Shown: positions 29,456-39,940, numbered from the stretch's first letter. The stretch is 64,000 nt of DNA from a virus (IMGVR_UViG_3300010049_000009:128001-192000), one strand, 5' to 3'. Notes: generated by a model from the sequence alone, not told the origin. Translations and numbers: made by a program.

Positions 29456-31285
29456 ATGGTATTGTCGAACAAAAAGCGCGAAGAGGCGGTCAAGTTATTA
29501 AACGAATATAACGGATGTAATTCACATATTATTTCACTCAAATCAAAAAACAATTTGAAGGATTTTGATTTAGAGTATGTTCTTATGAATCACATGAGAA
29601 CAGAACCCCTTTTAATTGATAGGGTAATTAAAATTTCAGAGGAGTTTGGAAAGAAGTTACAACACAATAATAATATTAGTTTCTTACCCTCTAAATTGAA
29701 GATTAAAACACTTTCGGGGGAAACTGATAACATTTATCATTGTTGGTGTAAATGGTCGCAAAATCAAGAAAAATGGGTTTCATTATTCATTCCGAAACAG
29801 AGTGTTCTTGACACAATGATTGAGGTTGATTGGAAGAACTATCCGGTTGATTTAGATAGGTTAAACAAAATGTTGGAACCGTGTGAAAGAAAAATTTTAG
29901 ACCACCAAGTAGATGCAATAAGGTTTCTCAATGCAAATAAGAAATGTATTTTGGCAGACGAAATGGGTTTGGGAAAGGGATTGGAAGCGGTTGCTGCAAG
30001 CATCAATGGTAATTTTAATAAAATTTTAATAATATCCCCAACCTCAATGAAATCAACGTGGAAAAAAGAAATTGGTTTTTTCGGTATTGACGACATTGAA
30101 ATTGTACAGGGTAGGGATAAAACAAAATGGGATTTATCCAAAAAATATATTATTTGCAATCCCGACATTATTGACAAATATCTTCACGAAGTTGTTTATA
30201 CCACAATTATTGACGAATTTAGTGGTAAACCCAAAAAAGTAAAATCCAAAAACAAAGGTAAAATAGCGGAAGTTGATAAAGACAACCCACTAATGCAAGC
30301 AAACTTCGATTTAGTGATAATAGATGAGTGTCATAAATTTTCCAATTCCACTGCCGGTCGTTACAAGGCGATTGTTGATTATTTAAGAAGAAGTAAAGTT
30401 GAAAATATATACTGTATGAGTGGCACACCTATCAGTAATAGTCATATCAATTTTTATAATATTCTGAATCTTATTGGTGCTGAATTAGGAAAAAATTATC
30501 AATATTATTACACACGATATTGTGGTGCTAGAGAAATGCGATTGAAAACAGGTAGAGTAATTTTAAAACCGAACAATGATACAAATGGTGCTGAATTATA
30601 TGAAAAATGCAAACATTTATATCTACGCAGATTGAAAGATGAAATACCCGGACTACCCGACAGAACTATAATGGAACGCTTCTACGATCTAACACCAACA
30701 GAGAAGAAACAATATGAAAAACTATGGTCTGAATACGAAAGAGCAAAAGAAGATGAGGGTAAGAATATTGACGAATTGAACAAAGAATTAATCAGCGGTG
30801 GATTGTATCGTCAGTATTTGGCTAAACAAATGATACCTCACACAATAGAACTAACAGAAAGTTGGTTGGAAAGCGGTAGTAAAATTATTATTGGTTGTTG
30901 TTACAACGAAGAACTACAAGTTTTACAGGAACATTTTGGTAATAAAAGTGTTGTATATCATGGTGGCATGTCAGCAAAACAAAAGGATAAAGCACAAGAA
31001 GAATTTACAACTAATCCAAATTGTAAAGTATTTATTGGTAATATATTGGCAGCGGGTGTTGGATTAACTTTGATAACCTCAAATGTGTTAATTCTAAACT
31101 CATTTGATTTTGTTCCGGGTAATTTGGTACAGTTTATTGACCGAAACTTCCGTATCGGACAGAAGCAACATGTATATACCTACATTCAAATATTCAACAA
31201 CACTTATTGTGAACACGTTTACAACAAAGTGATAAAAAAGAATTTAGTAATAAATACAATCATTAAAGACGAAAAAAATAAATAA
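29456..31285 (+). CDS. SNF2-family (SMARCAL1/HARP-like) helicase
   Basis: ILADEMGLGK, IIDECH, MSGTPI, LRRLK, AAGVGLTL, Q..DR.FRIGQ. Confidence 0.9.
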   Translation: MVLSNKKREEAVKLLNEYNGCNSHIISLKSKNNLKDFDLEYVLMNHMRTEPLLIDRVIKISEEFGKKLQHNNNISFLPSKLKIKTLSGETDNIYHCWCKWSQNQEKWVSLFIPKQSVLDTMIEVDWKNYPVDLDRLNKMLEPCERKILDHQVDAIRFLNANKKCILADEMGLGKGLEAVAASINGNFNKILIISPTSMKSTWKKEIGFFGIDDIEIVQGRDKTKWDLSKKYIICNPDIIDKYLHEVVYTTIIDEFSGKPKKVKSKNKGKIAEVDKDNPLMQANFDLVIIDECHKFSNSTAGRYKAIVDYLRRSKVENIYCMSGTPISNSHINFYNILNLIGAELGKNYQYYYTRYCGAREMRLKTGRVILKPNNDTNGAELYEKCKHLYLRRLKDEIPGLPDRTIMERFYDLTPTEKKQYEKLWSEYERAKEDEGKNIDELNKELISGGLYRQYLAKQMIPHTIELTESWLESGSKIIIGCCYNEELQVLQEHFGNKSVVYHGGMSAKQKDKAQEEFTTNPNCKVFIGNILAAGVGLTLITSNVLILNSFDFVPGNLVQFIDRNFRIGQKQHVYTYIQIFNNTYCEHVYNKVIKKNLVINTIIKDEKNK

Positions 31286-31425
31286 TGACATTAGATAGAG
31301 CATTTAAAATAGCAGCCAATAGGTTATCAAGAAAAATTGATAAAGAAATCATCAAAGAAATATTACGTGAAGAAGGTATGTATTCAAATAATTACGGACA
31401 TAAAAAAAGGAGGAAAAGAAAATGA
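31285..31425 (+). CDS. small protein with capsid-like IDKEII motif (46 aa)
   Basis: Manual translation MTLDRAFKIAANRLSRKIDKEIIKEILREEGMYSNNYGHKKRRKRK; TAATG and ATGA overlaps with neighbours. Confidence 0.55.
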   Translation: MTLDRAFKIAANRLSRKIDKEIIKEILREEGMYSNNYGHKKRRKRK

Positions 31426-31544
31426 GTAGTAGTTTTAGTGCTTCAATAGTTTTATTAATCACAATGTTATTTTGTGTTGTTGGAAGTTTATGGTATCTTT
31501 TTAACGAAACAAATAAAAATAAAAATGGAAGCGACAAAAGATAA
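31422..31544 (+). CDS. small membrane protein (40 aa)
   Basis: MSSSFSASIVLLITMLFCVVGSLWYLF..., one TM segment. Confidence 0.5.
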   Translation: MSSSFSASIVLLITMLFCVVGSLWYLFNETNKNKNGSDKR

Positions 31545-31713
31545 ATTAGAAATTTTTGAAGAAGAGTTGTGTAAACTAATCAACTCACTATCAATAGAAA
31601 ATTATAGTGACACACCGGATTTCATTCTTGCAAAGTATTTAACACATTGTTTGAGGTGTTTCAACACAGCAACAATAGAGCGAAATAATTGGTATGATAA
31701 GTTAAATTTTTAG
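31525..31713 (+). CDS. conserved phage hypothetical protein
   Basis: LINSLSIENYSDTPDFILAKYL..CL motif; start trimmed to ATG 31525. Confidence 0.65.
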   Translation: MEATKDKLEIFEEELCKLINSLSIENYSDTPDFILAKYLTHCLRCFNTATIERNNWYDKLNF

Positions 31714-31788
31714 TCCTAATACTTGGATTTAATCAACGGTTGTTTATATTATTATGTATAAAATTATATAATAATAACACTAAACACA

Positions 31789-32085
31789 ATGATGAATAGA
31801 AGAAATAACAACAGTAGTTTGTTAATTGAGCACCCTCAAACAACAATAATTGAACTGTTGAAAGAATTGATAAATCCGAGAGATATGCAATCGGATGATT
31901 TTGATATTGGTAGGTCTATTGATAAAAAACTACAAAGTTTAACAGAAAGTCAAAAAAACAAATTAAACAAAATTGTAAATTATTACAAATTCCTATGCGA
32001 ATATGAATCCGAAGAACAATTAGAAAGACCATATTACGCGGGTTATATTAATGATACCAGGCAACAGAGAAGAAGGGTTATTTAA
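31789..32085 (+). CDS. hypothetical protein
   Basis: ORF with its own upstream promoter-like motif. Confidence 0.65.
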   Translation: MMNRRNNNSSLLIEHPQTTIIELLKELINPRDMQSDDFDIGRSIDKKLQSLTESQKNKLNKIVNYYKFLCEYESEEQLERPYYAGYINDTRQQRRRVI

Positions 32086-32136
32086 GACTTGATTTGTTCA
32101 CAATATGATTTATATTATATGTAAAATCATATTAAA

Positions 32137-32907
32137 ATGGAAAATAAAGTTGAATACATTCTCGGATTAGACATTTCAACAAGTGTTATTGGAATGTCAT
32201 TATTTAAACATGAGAATAACGTTTTGGATATTGTCTTATCCGAAAGTCTTGAATTAAAAAGAAAGGATATAAACAAACTGAAAGGATTGGAAGCATTGCT
32301 TTTGAAAAGTAAAATTTTTGAAGACAAATTGATACAATACAACGCAATAATTCAAATGACATACAAGTCGGTTATCAGTAGAGTTATTATTGAAACACCG
32401 TTAGTTGCTTCCAACAATATTTTGACAGTTGGTGTACTGATGCGTTTCAGTGGTATAATTACAAGTATTGTTTATAACACATTGAACGTTGTACCGGAAG
32501 AAATTTCTTCGTATGACGCACGTTGCTTCGGATTTCCCCAATTAATGGAAGTAACAGTGTATAATAAAAAGGGGGAAAAGAGGGATATAAAAGACATCAA
32601 AAGAGATTTGAAAAATGGTAAGATAACTTTATTTGGTGGTTTCCCTTTTGGAATTGACAAAAAAAATGTTATATTTGATTTGTTGTTGGAACGTTATCCG
32701 AACATTAACGTTTTATACAATAAGTCAGGTGAACTAAAACGTGAAAATTTTGATTCTACGGATAGTATGGTGTGTGTGTTCGCACGTCTAAATGTAGAAA
32801 AATGTGGTGAAAAACCGACATTAGTATCTCACGAAATTTTTCCTGACAGAATAGAATATAAAACACAGTGGAATAATATTATTTATGACCACACAATAAC
32901 ATTTTAA
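32137..32907 (+). CDS. RuvC-like Holliday junction resolvase
   Basis: ILGLDISTS.IG, IIETP, FDSTDS acidic RNase H-fold residues. Confidence 0.75.
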   Translation: MENKVEYILGLDISTSVIGMSLFKHENNVLDIVLSESLELKRKDINKLKGLEALLLKSKIFEDKLIQYNAIIQMTYKSVISRVIIETPLVASNNILTVGVLMRFSGIITSIVYNTLNVVPEEISSYDARCFGFPQLMEVTVYNKKGEKRDIKDIKRDLKNGKITLFGGFPFGIDKKNVIFDLLLERYPNINVLYNKSGELKRENFDSTDSMVCVFARLNVEKCGEKPTLVSHEIFPDRIEYKTQWNNIIYDHTITF

Positions 32908-33978
32908 ATGGATAAAACATATTCGATAAAGTTAAGAAATAGATTTGTTGATGATTTCAATTTACCTATTAGTGTATTAGATTCACCATATTTTTATCAT
33001 CAATTAAAATTGTATAATGAATATAATGGTGCTTACACTAAATGGCGGTGGTTAGTATCGTTGATTGAAGAGCATTATGGGGGTATGGAAAATTTATTTT
33101 TGGAAGATTATTATTTTTACAGAAATAAGATTATTACTACCCTCGAAAAATCATTTGATCATATAATGTTTAATACAGCCGATATGACCAAATATTCGAT
33201 TTCCGATGGTGAATTTAATAGTATTCCAAGAACATCGGTGTATTCTAAAAATAACGATAATGCTGTGTTTTTATCGTTGGATTTAAAACACGCCAACTTC
33301 CAGGGGTTGAAATTTGTTCACCCTTCGTTAGTTAATAACACAAAGAATTACGAGGAATTTATTAAATTTCATTTGGAAGAAGAAAACCATCCATTGATTT
33401 CTTACTTTGTAGATAGTAAGTACACACGCCAAGTTATTTTCGGAAAACTTAATGCGAGTAGAAATATTGTCGTTCAGAATTATATGATAAATAGAATTTG
33501 GAATGTATTAAAAAATCTAAATGTTGTACGAACACGTGGTTTTTGGGAAAAATTAATTGACGGACAAAGAATTAAAGTTCATTCTCGACAGTCTGATGAA
33601 TTGATTTTGAAGTTTGAAGAGTATGAAGGTTATGATACTTTGGCGTTCATAGAAGATTTAGTTGAAATACGTAAAGCAATAGAAAGTGAATTAGGTTCTA
33701 TTGAAATCAACACTAATTTGTTTAAATTAAAACTTCACACATTTGAAACACCGTGTGGAAATCAGTTTGATGTTTATGAAAAGGTGAGTTTGGATAATGT
33801 ATCCCCACATAATATAAAAGAAACGTCAAAACCGGGAAAAATTAAATCGTGTCCGATAACATATTTTCCACAAGTCTTTAAATTTTTATTTAAACCCGGT
33901 ATTGGTGATATGGATTTGGTTTTTTATTATGAGAAAAATTTAGCAAAATTTTTGTCGCCGATTAAAAAAATAGTATAA
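32908..33978 (+). CDS. conserved hypothetical protein
   Basis: FLSLDLKHANFQ, SKYTRQVIFG, SDELI motifs. Confidence 0.7.
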   Translation: MDKTYSIKLRNRFVDDFNLPISVLDSPYFYHQLKLYNEYNGAYTKWRWLVSLIEEHYGGMENLFLEDYYFYRNKIITTLEKSFDHIMFNTADMTKYSISDGEFNSIPRTSVYSKNNDNAVFLSLDLKHANFQGLKFVHPSLVNNTKNYEEFIKFHLEEENHPLISYFVDSKYTRQVIFGKLNASRNIVVQNYMINRIWNVLKNLNVVRTRGFWEKLIDGQRIKVHSRQSDELILKFEEYEGYDTLAFIEDLVEIRKAIESELGSIEINTNLFKLKLHTFETPCGNQFDVYEKVSLDNVSPHNIKETSKPGKIKSCPITYFPQVFKFLFKPGIGDMDLVFYYEKNLAKFLSPIKKIV

Positions 33979-34013
33979 TTGAAATAATATTAATATAATT
34001 AAATATAGTTTTT

Positions 34014-34490
34014 ATGATAAATCGAGTAATAGTTAGTGGTCGCCTTGGGGCAGACCCACGTATAACGGACTTTGACGGCGGTGGTAAAGCAGCACAATTC
34101 AGCATCGCAGTTACAGAACGTGGATACAAAAAGGGTGATGGAACAGAGGTTCCTGATAGAACAGAGTGGATTCGTATAGAAACCGGACGTGCGGGTATCG
34201 CAGGTGTTATCGAAAAATTTCTTAAAAAGGGTTCACATGTTACCATTGACGGTAAATTAAGAAACCGTGAGTGGGAAAAAGACGGTGTGAAACAATACTC
34301 TACGGTTGTTCAGATTGAGAGTATGGAATTAGGACCTAAAAACGGTGAATCAACAGGCGGTAATGGTGCACCACCACCGGAAGTAGAACAACCACAAGGA
34401 TCAAGAGTGGCAAAGAACAGTAGTTCTACAGCCACCACTAATTCCGCACCCCCACCAAATTATCAGGAAGAAGATGATCTTCCATTTTGA
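34014..34490 (+). CDS. ssb: single-stranded DNA-binding protein
   Basis: INRVIVSGRLGADP, TEW, LKKGS.V.IDGKL..R.W, acidic tail DDLPF. Confidence 0.95.
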   Translation: MINRVIVSGRLGADPRITDFDGGGKAAQFSIAVTERGYKKGDGTEVPDRTEWIRIETGRAGIAGVIEKFLKKGSHVTIDGKLRNREWEKDGVKQYSTVVQIESMELGPKNGESTGGNGAPPPEVEQPQGSRVAKNSSSTATTNSAPPPNYQEEDDLPF

Positions 34491-34510
34491 GTGTAGTTAT
34501 TGTGATTGGG

Positions 34511-34542
34511 AAAAGGTAACATCGTTTGGTGTTGCCTTTTTT
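34511..34542 (+). terminator. intrinsic terminator after ssb
   Basis: AAAAGGTAACATC-GTTT-GGTGTTGCCTTTTTT. Confidence 0.75.
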
Positions 34543-34549
34543 AGTATAT

Positions 34550-34579
34550 AAAAAAAGAGGTCTAATAGACCTCTTTTTT
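34550..34579 (-). terminator. bidirectional terminator after major capsid gene
   Basis: AAAAAAAGAGGTCTA-A-TAGACCTCTTTTTT inverted repeat. Confidence 0.75.
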
Positions 34580-34605
34580 GTTAGTAGTTATACTTATAGT
34601 TTCGC

Positions 34606-36609
34606 TTATCGCAATTCGTTAGTATCCCAAGTAGTCAAACCGTGTACTCTTACCAATCCGTAGAATTTGTTATTAACAACTTTCTTCGCATAACGTGTCA
34701 TGATGAATTTCACCGGGGCAGCGTTAAAAGGATTATAAAGTGTAGGTGTCAGTTGCAGAGGCACATACGGGGCGTAAATGTATCCTGTGTCAAGCATGGA
34801 TTTTCCTTTATGCCCGATCAACAGTGTCCAATGACGTGAGTAAGGGTCTACATACACTTGGTAACGACCGCTCAAATTACCCACTTTTTCCATACCCAAT
34901 GAGTATTCTTCTTCACCCGGAGCTGCATTAGTAGCGTGGAAGTATTCCAAGTTATCAAACACTGCACTAATTTCAGGAGAAACAACTACGAAGTTTGCAC
35001 CACCCATCAAACAAGTCTTGTTAATTTGCGCACTGATTTGGTTGATTTTTGTAATCAATTCTTGGTTCCAATCTTTTTGCGTGTAGTTCGTACTTGTTGT
35101 AGCAGTACGTCTCCAACCGTTGAAGTCCCAAGTTAATTGCCACGGCGCGGCCGTTTTCAAATCACGAAGGATTTCTCGGTCAATTTCAACGCTAACTTGT
35201 TGAGCCAGAAGGCTTGTAAGTTCAGCCTCGGCATCGATGTTGTGAAAAGCTGCAACGTCTTGCGCTTGTTCAGGCGACCATGTGCTTCTCAATTTTCTTT
35301 CTTCAACTGCGATAGTAACACTGTCAATTTGGAATGACACTTCACCGATTTCGGTTTCAAGTTCCAAACTATCATATTGTACCCAACATACGAAGAACTC
35401 AATATCTTCAACTTTCAACTTCGGATTAACACCAACATAACCGTCAACAGTCATACCATGATCTATGGTTGGTTTTGACAATTGTGCTTCAACATACATA
35501 TTACCTTCTGCATCACAGAAATTATCTCTTTCTACGATTGCTTTACCGTATTTCTGCGGCAACAATCTGATAGGAATATTTTCGTTTTCTTCAAAAGTCG
35601 AATAACCTTCCTCATCTTGATCTTCGATTGCGTTTCTAGTGATAACTTTCAAAGAAGCTAAAAAGGTTTCCGTATCCATTTCATTTCCATCGGGACCTAT
35701 CAGCAAACCCGCGTTATAGTTGTTAAATCCTGTGATTTTCAGAATAACATTTCTGATAGAACCGTCTTCACGTGAAGGAATAAAATCATCGGTTGGTGCA
35801 AGTTCAGCAAAAGTACGGCTTGGGGTTAATCTACAAGCGGCTGCGCCATTAGAAACCTTAATCCACGCACGACCTTTTGAGTGATCATACAAGAACTCGT
35901 CATAGAACAAATCATATAATGAAGTTTGCATATAACGTGTTACAACCGGAGTGTTACGAACATCAGATGTTGGGCGACCCGTACCTGTGATACTATCAGA
36001 AGCAGCGTCATAAGCCGCATCTACGTTAGCCCAAGTTGCCATAGGTTTTCTTCCACCAGCAGCATTAGTATCAATTACTTCATCAGGAAGATAAAAACGG
36101 TTGTTTTGCAAACCCTGTACAGGATCACCAAATTCACCATCACCAACAAGTGCACGTTTTCCTGGGTTTTGGAAGTTACGATCATGTCTGTTGTAACCCA
36201 TCAAACCCACGTGTTTCGCCGAACTACCCGACTGAACATTACCTAGATTATCAAGACCTTCCCATTCTCTTTCAGAAGTTACCGGTTTAATATAGAACAA
36301 CTTACCAATGGGTAAATTCAACGCTTGAATAGAAACCAAGTCATTAGCAAGCAATTTACTAAATACTCTCCTAATCAGCGGGAAAACTACGGTTACGAAT
36401 GAACCGGAGTTCGTGGCATCTGTTGCTTCGTGGATAAGGTTTCTTGCAGTATTTTCATACAACAAAGAAATATTTTCCTTCATAACACCTTGCAAGTTTT
36501 GGGTAAAACCTAATTTATCCCAAGTTTCAGATATCCTTTGTCTTTCAGCAGCAACTTGGTTGTAGTGAATATTACCAACCAATCCGCTTTGTAAAAAATT
36601 GTTTATCAT
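34606..36609 (-). CDS. major capsid protein (T4 gp23-like)
   Basis: FPLIRRVF..L.A..LVS.Q, RKLRSTWSPEQAQDVAAFHNIDAEAEL..LL...EIDREIL, GYIYAPYVPL, MTRYA. Confidence 0.95.
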   Translation of the reverse strand: MINNFLQSGLVGNIHYNQVAAERQRISETWDKLGFTQNLQGVMKENISLLYENTARNLIHEATDATNSGSFVTVVFPLIRRVFSKLLANDLVSIQALNLPIGKLFYIKPVTSEREWEGLDNLGNVQSGSSAKHVGLMGYNRHDRNFQNPGKRALVGDGEFGDPVQGLQNNRFYLPDEVIDTNAAGGRKPMATWANVDAAYDAASDSITGTGRPTSDVRNTPVVTRYMQTSLYDLFYDEFLYDHSKGRAWIKVSNGAAACRLTPSRTFAELAPTDDFIPSREDGSIRNVILKITGFNNYNAGLLIGPDGNEMDTETFLASLKVITRNAIEDQDEEGYSTFEENENIPIRLLPQKYGKAIVERDNFCDAEGNMYVEAQLSKPTIDHGMTVDGYVGVNPKLKVEDIEFFVCWVQYDSLELETEIGEVSFQIDSVTIAVEERKLRSTWSPEQAQDVAAFHNIDAEAELTSLLAQQVSVEIDREILRDLKTAAPWQLTWDFNGWRRTATTSTNYTQKDWNQELITKINQISAQINKTCLMGGANFVVVSPEISAVFDNLEYFHATNAAPGEEEYSLGMEKVGNLSGRYQVYVDPYSRHWTLLIGHKGKSMLDTGYIYAPYVPLQLTPTLYNPFNAAPVKFIMTRYAKKVVNNKFYGLVRVHGLTTWDTNELR

Positions 36610-36645
36610 TTTCGTTATGTTTTATTTATTGTTTATTTTTGTTTT

Positions 36646-38058
36646 TTATTTTCGATTATAAAGACCTTCCATTCGATTCATTAGATCGATTGATTTTTTA
36701 ACGTCTTCATTAACAACCGTTGGTTGTTCTGTGAGTTTAATTTCGGTAATAATATTATTGAACACCGTATCAACGTTTTCAATAATCGGTTTCCTCATTC
36801 TTAACTCTTTGTTTATTGTTTCATAAAGTGCTTGGATTTCGGGTTGTGTTTTATGACCTTCAAATCTTTCAACGATATTTCTCTTTTCGTCAGTCGTTGT
36901 CGAATGTTCAGAAACTAATTGAATAATTTTTCCTAACTTTTGATTCATTAAAGCCGTTTCTTGTGTTGCAACATAGAAGTTTTGTGCACATTCTCTCAAC
37001 TGTTTTACAGTTTCTTTCAGAATCATATTTTCTTCCACGATTGCTTTCATTTTCGCAACAAGTTCTTTGGTTTCGGTTTTCAGTTGTGCACCGTCACGAA
37101 CCGCAGGTACTCTACCTTGTTGAACAGGAACTTTAACTTGATTGTCGGATTTTTTACCAATGTTTCTCAAACTACGATGAGTTCTCACCAAACCTTCTTC
37201 CATTTCGTCATTTTCAGCAACAACATCTTCTTCGCTTTCATTAACAGATTTTTTGAAAGGTTTGCTATCAGCGTTTTTCACTTTACCTTGACCACTTGTG
37301 CCAAACTCGTGTGATTTTGCGCTGCTGGTGTTATCCTCAAAGGGGTCACTATCACCGTTTTTACCCTTTTTACCACTTGTACCAAATTCATGTGATTTTG
37401 CGCCTTCAACATTACTTTCAAATGGATCACCATCACCGATATTACTACCCTGATGTCTTCCACCTGTACCAGCACCAAAACCACCTTTTCTGTTTTGGGT
37501 GATACCAACAGGTACATCTAATTTAGCCTTAAAATCACCTAGTTTTCCACCCGCATATTGTGGGTTCAATTTACTTATAGACGATTCGCCAAGCATTTCT
37601 TCTTCCTCATTTAAGTCAATAATATAATCAGCACCGGTTTCAGTATCTTCCAATTCAATTGTATCACCTTGTTTAGTGACAATTATTTGGTCAGCATCAG
37701 ACATACTTTTAAATACTTTTATAGCCGCTTCATCATTTTGACTAACGTCGTAAGTATCCTCACCTACTTCAAAATCTTCCATACCGTCAAGTTCTTCTTC
37801 TTCGCCGGGAACCTCGTCAATGACTTCTTCGCCATCAAATTCCCCTTCCGCTGTATCAACTTCGGGTGCAGCAACATCTTGGGTTTGTAAATCAACTTCT
37901 TCTTCTTCTTCGTATTCAGAATTATCTTCTTTTATAATACGTTTCATTTCTTCCTTAATTGATTGTTCCATGATGGCTTTAAGAGAAGCCTCGGTATTTT
38001 GCTTGACGCTTTCTCTTATAGACACAACATCTAATATTGGATTTTCATTTATGTTCAT
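36646..38058 (-). CDS. prohead core/scaffold protein
   Basis: Acidic, coiled-coil C terminus, directly upstream of major capsid gene; late motif 38091-38098. Confidence 0.8.
   Translation of the reverse strand: MNINENPILDVVSIRESVKQNTEASLKAIMEQSIKEEMKRIIKEDNSEYEEEEEVDLQTQDVAAPEVDTAEGEFDGEEVIDEVPGEEEELDGMEDFEVGEDTYDVSQNDEAAIKVFKSMSDADQIIVTKQGDTIELEDTETGADYIIDLNEEEEMLGESSISKLNPQYAGGKLGDFKAKLDVPVGITQNRKGGFGAGTGGRHQGSNIGDGDPFESNVEGAKSHEFGTSGKKGKNGDSDPFEDNTSSAKSHEFGTSGQGKVKNADSKPFKKSVNESEEDVVAENDEMEEGLVRTHRSLRNIGKKSDNQVKVPVQQGRVPAVRDGAQLKTETKELVAKMKAIVEENMILKETVKQLRECAQNFYVATQETALMNQKLGKIIQLVSEHSTTTDEKRNIVERFEGHKTQPEIQALYETINKELRMRKPIIENVDTVFNNIITEIKLTEQPTVVNEDVKKSIDLMNRMEGLYNRK
37260..37440 (-). 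repeat. 27-aa (81-nt) tandem repeat inside scaffold gene
   Basis: DPFE....AKSHEFGTSG twice plus a partial third copy; DNA copies at ~37291 and ~37372. Confidence 0.8.
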
Positions 38059-38113
38059 AATTGAAATATTATATTTTTCTTATTTTAATAATAAATAGTT
38101 AGTTTTTTCAAAA

Positions 38114-39862
38114 TTATTTGTATAGACGGAATTTATCCCTAATATATTTATGTGGAAGTACACAATCATGCATTTTGAAGTACGCTAATAACCCACAAAG
38201 ATTACCCGCAAAGTGTTTCTCTATTGGAAATATGTATCTATCATAATCTTCCGGTTTATCCGATAATATTGTTTCCAACAAACCTTGTGACCCCATCATT
38301 AAACTAATGTTAAATGGAACACCTTCTTGTTTTGACCAATGTTCGTTCAACTCTTTAAACATTGGTTCCATAAAATCTCGCCCAACGAATTTTAATCTTC
38401 CATTGACATACATTTTTATACTACCCTTTCTTTGGGGTATCATCGTACATTTTGGGTCAGGAATATAAACACCATAACATATTTGAACAATGATATTATT
38501 CCATTCACCAAATTTAACAACACCATCCACCGAATATTCTTCAATTAGTTTGGTTGGGTGTTCTTTTCTATCTTCATCACAGTTTATAACATTAATTCTG
38601 TAACCTATTGCCCCCTCCGGTGTTATTCGGAAAGCCATTACATTATTATATGTATCCTTATATATGTCTATTTCGTTATCATATATATCAATGTCTTCAA
38701 AACCCGGTGGTAACTTTTGGTTTGGTTTATCACCCAAATTATATAGATTAATGGAATCACACTGATATTTTTTCCAAAGTTCATAGAAACCATAACTACA
38801 ACAACCGGTAGCACTCACAGGATGTAATTGTGATATAGTCAAACCGGTATTTCTACCTAGTTCGTCAGTTGTTCTATTAAATAATGTATAATAGTTAAGG
38901 TTGGAATTTTTCTTCTGATATGAATAAATAATTTCTTCGGGTATTTCGTCATTATCACCACGACAATCTACTCTGTAACCACAAACACTTCTATTCATGT
39001 ATAAGTATTTGTTGTTAGTTATAATTTCAACAATGTTGGGTGTGTTCAACGCAATACCCTCATTGTTCACCAATTTTTCAAACACTGACTTGGATTTACG
39101 CAAATCCTCTTCGTCTAATAGATTAAGTAAATTACATTCCCCATTTTCTTCTAATATTTTTTTAATATTATTAAGATTTTCTATGTTAATTTTACTTGTG
39201 TAATACCACCACTTATTTTCAGCACGTAATCCTTTATGGAAGAAAATTCCAAAATTTTCAGGATAAAAATGTGATAAGGTATTGTCTTTTATAGTGTTTT
39301 CAGGTTTAATTAAAAATTCATACGCAACACAAAGTTTGGGTCTTGTCGGCAGCGTTTCATATTCGCCAACATGTTTTGGTAGAAACATTTTCCAAAAACC
39401 CTGTAAACCACCACCTTGTGCGTTCACAACCATTCGATTATCTATTTCTTCGTAAGTTAAAGTGTAGTCAATGGGTGGTTCACAATAATAATTTCCCTTC
39501 ACAGGGGTCATATAAAATCGTTTTTCTTCTTCCGGTATATTTAATGTGGTGTTTCGGAAAATATCTTCGAGATCATCTACCCCCCAATTTATTGAAGTAA
39601 CCCCATTATCAACCGAACACAACCCCCAATCTTTAAGGTCAAGACCTGTATTTATTGCTTCTTCCCATGGTTCAACACTATAAATATTATTATTTTCGTC
39701 TATTTCCGATAAACTTGGATCAATGGTAGCAACAACACAATCCACCGTGCGAGATGCTTTTGTTGCATCGGGGTGAAGATAAAAGTCATAATATCGGTTA
39801 TCCACAAGTAACCAACTATCTAAATGATGTCTTTCAGTTCGTCTTATATTAAGATTGCCCAT
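38114..39862 (-). CDS. putative virion structural protein (LamG-like C-terminal region)
   Basis: Late motif 39879-39886; W..I.V...MYVNG.L pattern. Confidence 0.6.
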   Translation of the reverse strand: MGNLNIRRTERHHLDSWLLVDNRYYDFYLHPDATKASRTVDCVVATIDPSLSEIDENNNIYSVEPWEEAINTGLDLKDWGLCSVDNGVTSINWGVDDLEDIFRNTTLNIPEEEKRFYMTPVKGNYYCEPPIDYTLTYEEIDNRMVVNAQGGGLQGFWKMFLPKHVGEYETLPTRPKLCVAYEFLIKPENTIKDNTLSHFYPENFGIFFHKGLRAENKWWYYTSKINIENLNNIKKILEENGECNLLNLLDEEDLRKSKSVFEKLVNNEGIALNTPNIVEIITNNKYLYMNRSVCGYRVDCRGDNDEIPEEIIYSYQKKNSNLNYYTLFNRTTDELGRNTGLTISQLHPVSATGCCSYGFYELWKKYQCDSINLYNLGDKPNQKLPPGFEDIDIYDNEIDIYKDTYNNVMAFRITPEGAIGYRINVINCDEDRKEHPTKLIEEYSVDGVVKFGEWNNIIVQICYGVYIPDPKCTMIPQRKGSIKMYVNGRLKFVGRDFMEPMFKELNEHWSKQEGVPFNISLMMGSQGLLETILSDKPEDYDRYIFPIEKHFAGNLCGLLAYFKMHDCVLPHKYIRDKFRLYK

Positions 39863-39891
39863 ATTATTTTCATTTCATATAAATAGGCTTT

Positions 39892-39922
39892 TTTGGGATT
39901 TCCTGAAAATGTTGTATTTTTG
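39892..39922 (+). promoter_or_regulatory. Bacteroidetes-type sigmaA promoter (TTTG-19nt-TATTTTTG)
   Basis: Both -33 TTTG and -7 TAnnTTTG at canonical spacing. Confidence 0.7.
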
Positions 39923-39940
39923 TAGTAAAAAGTAAGATAT

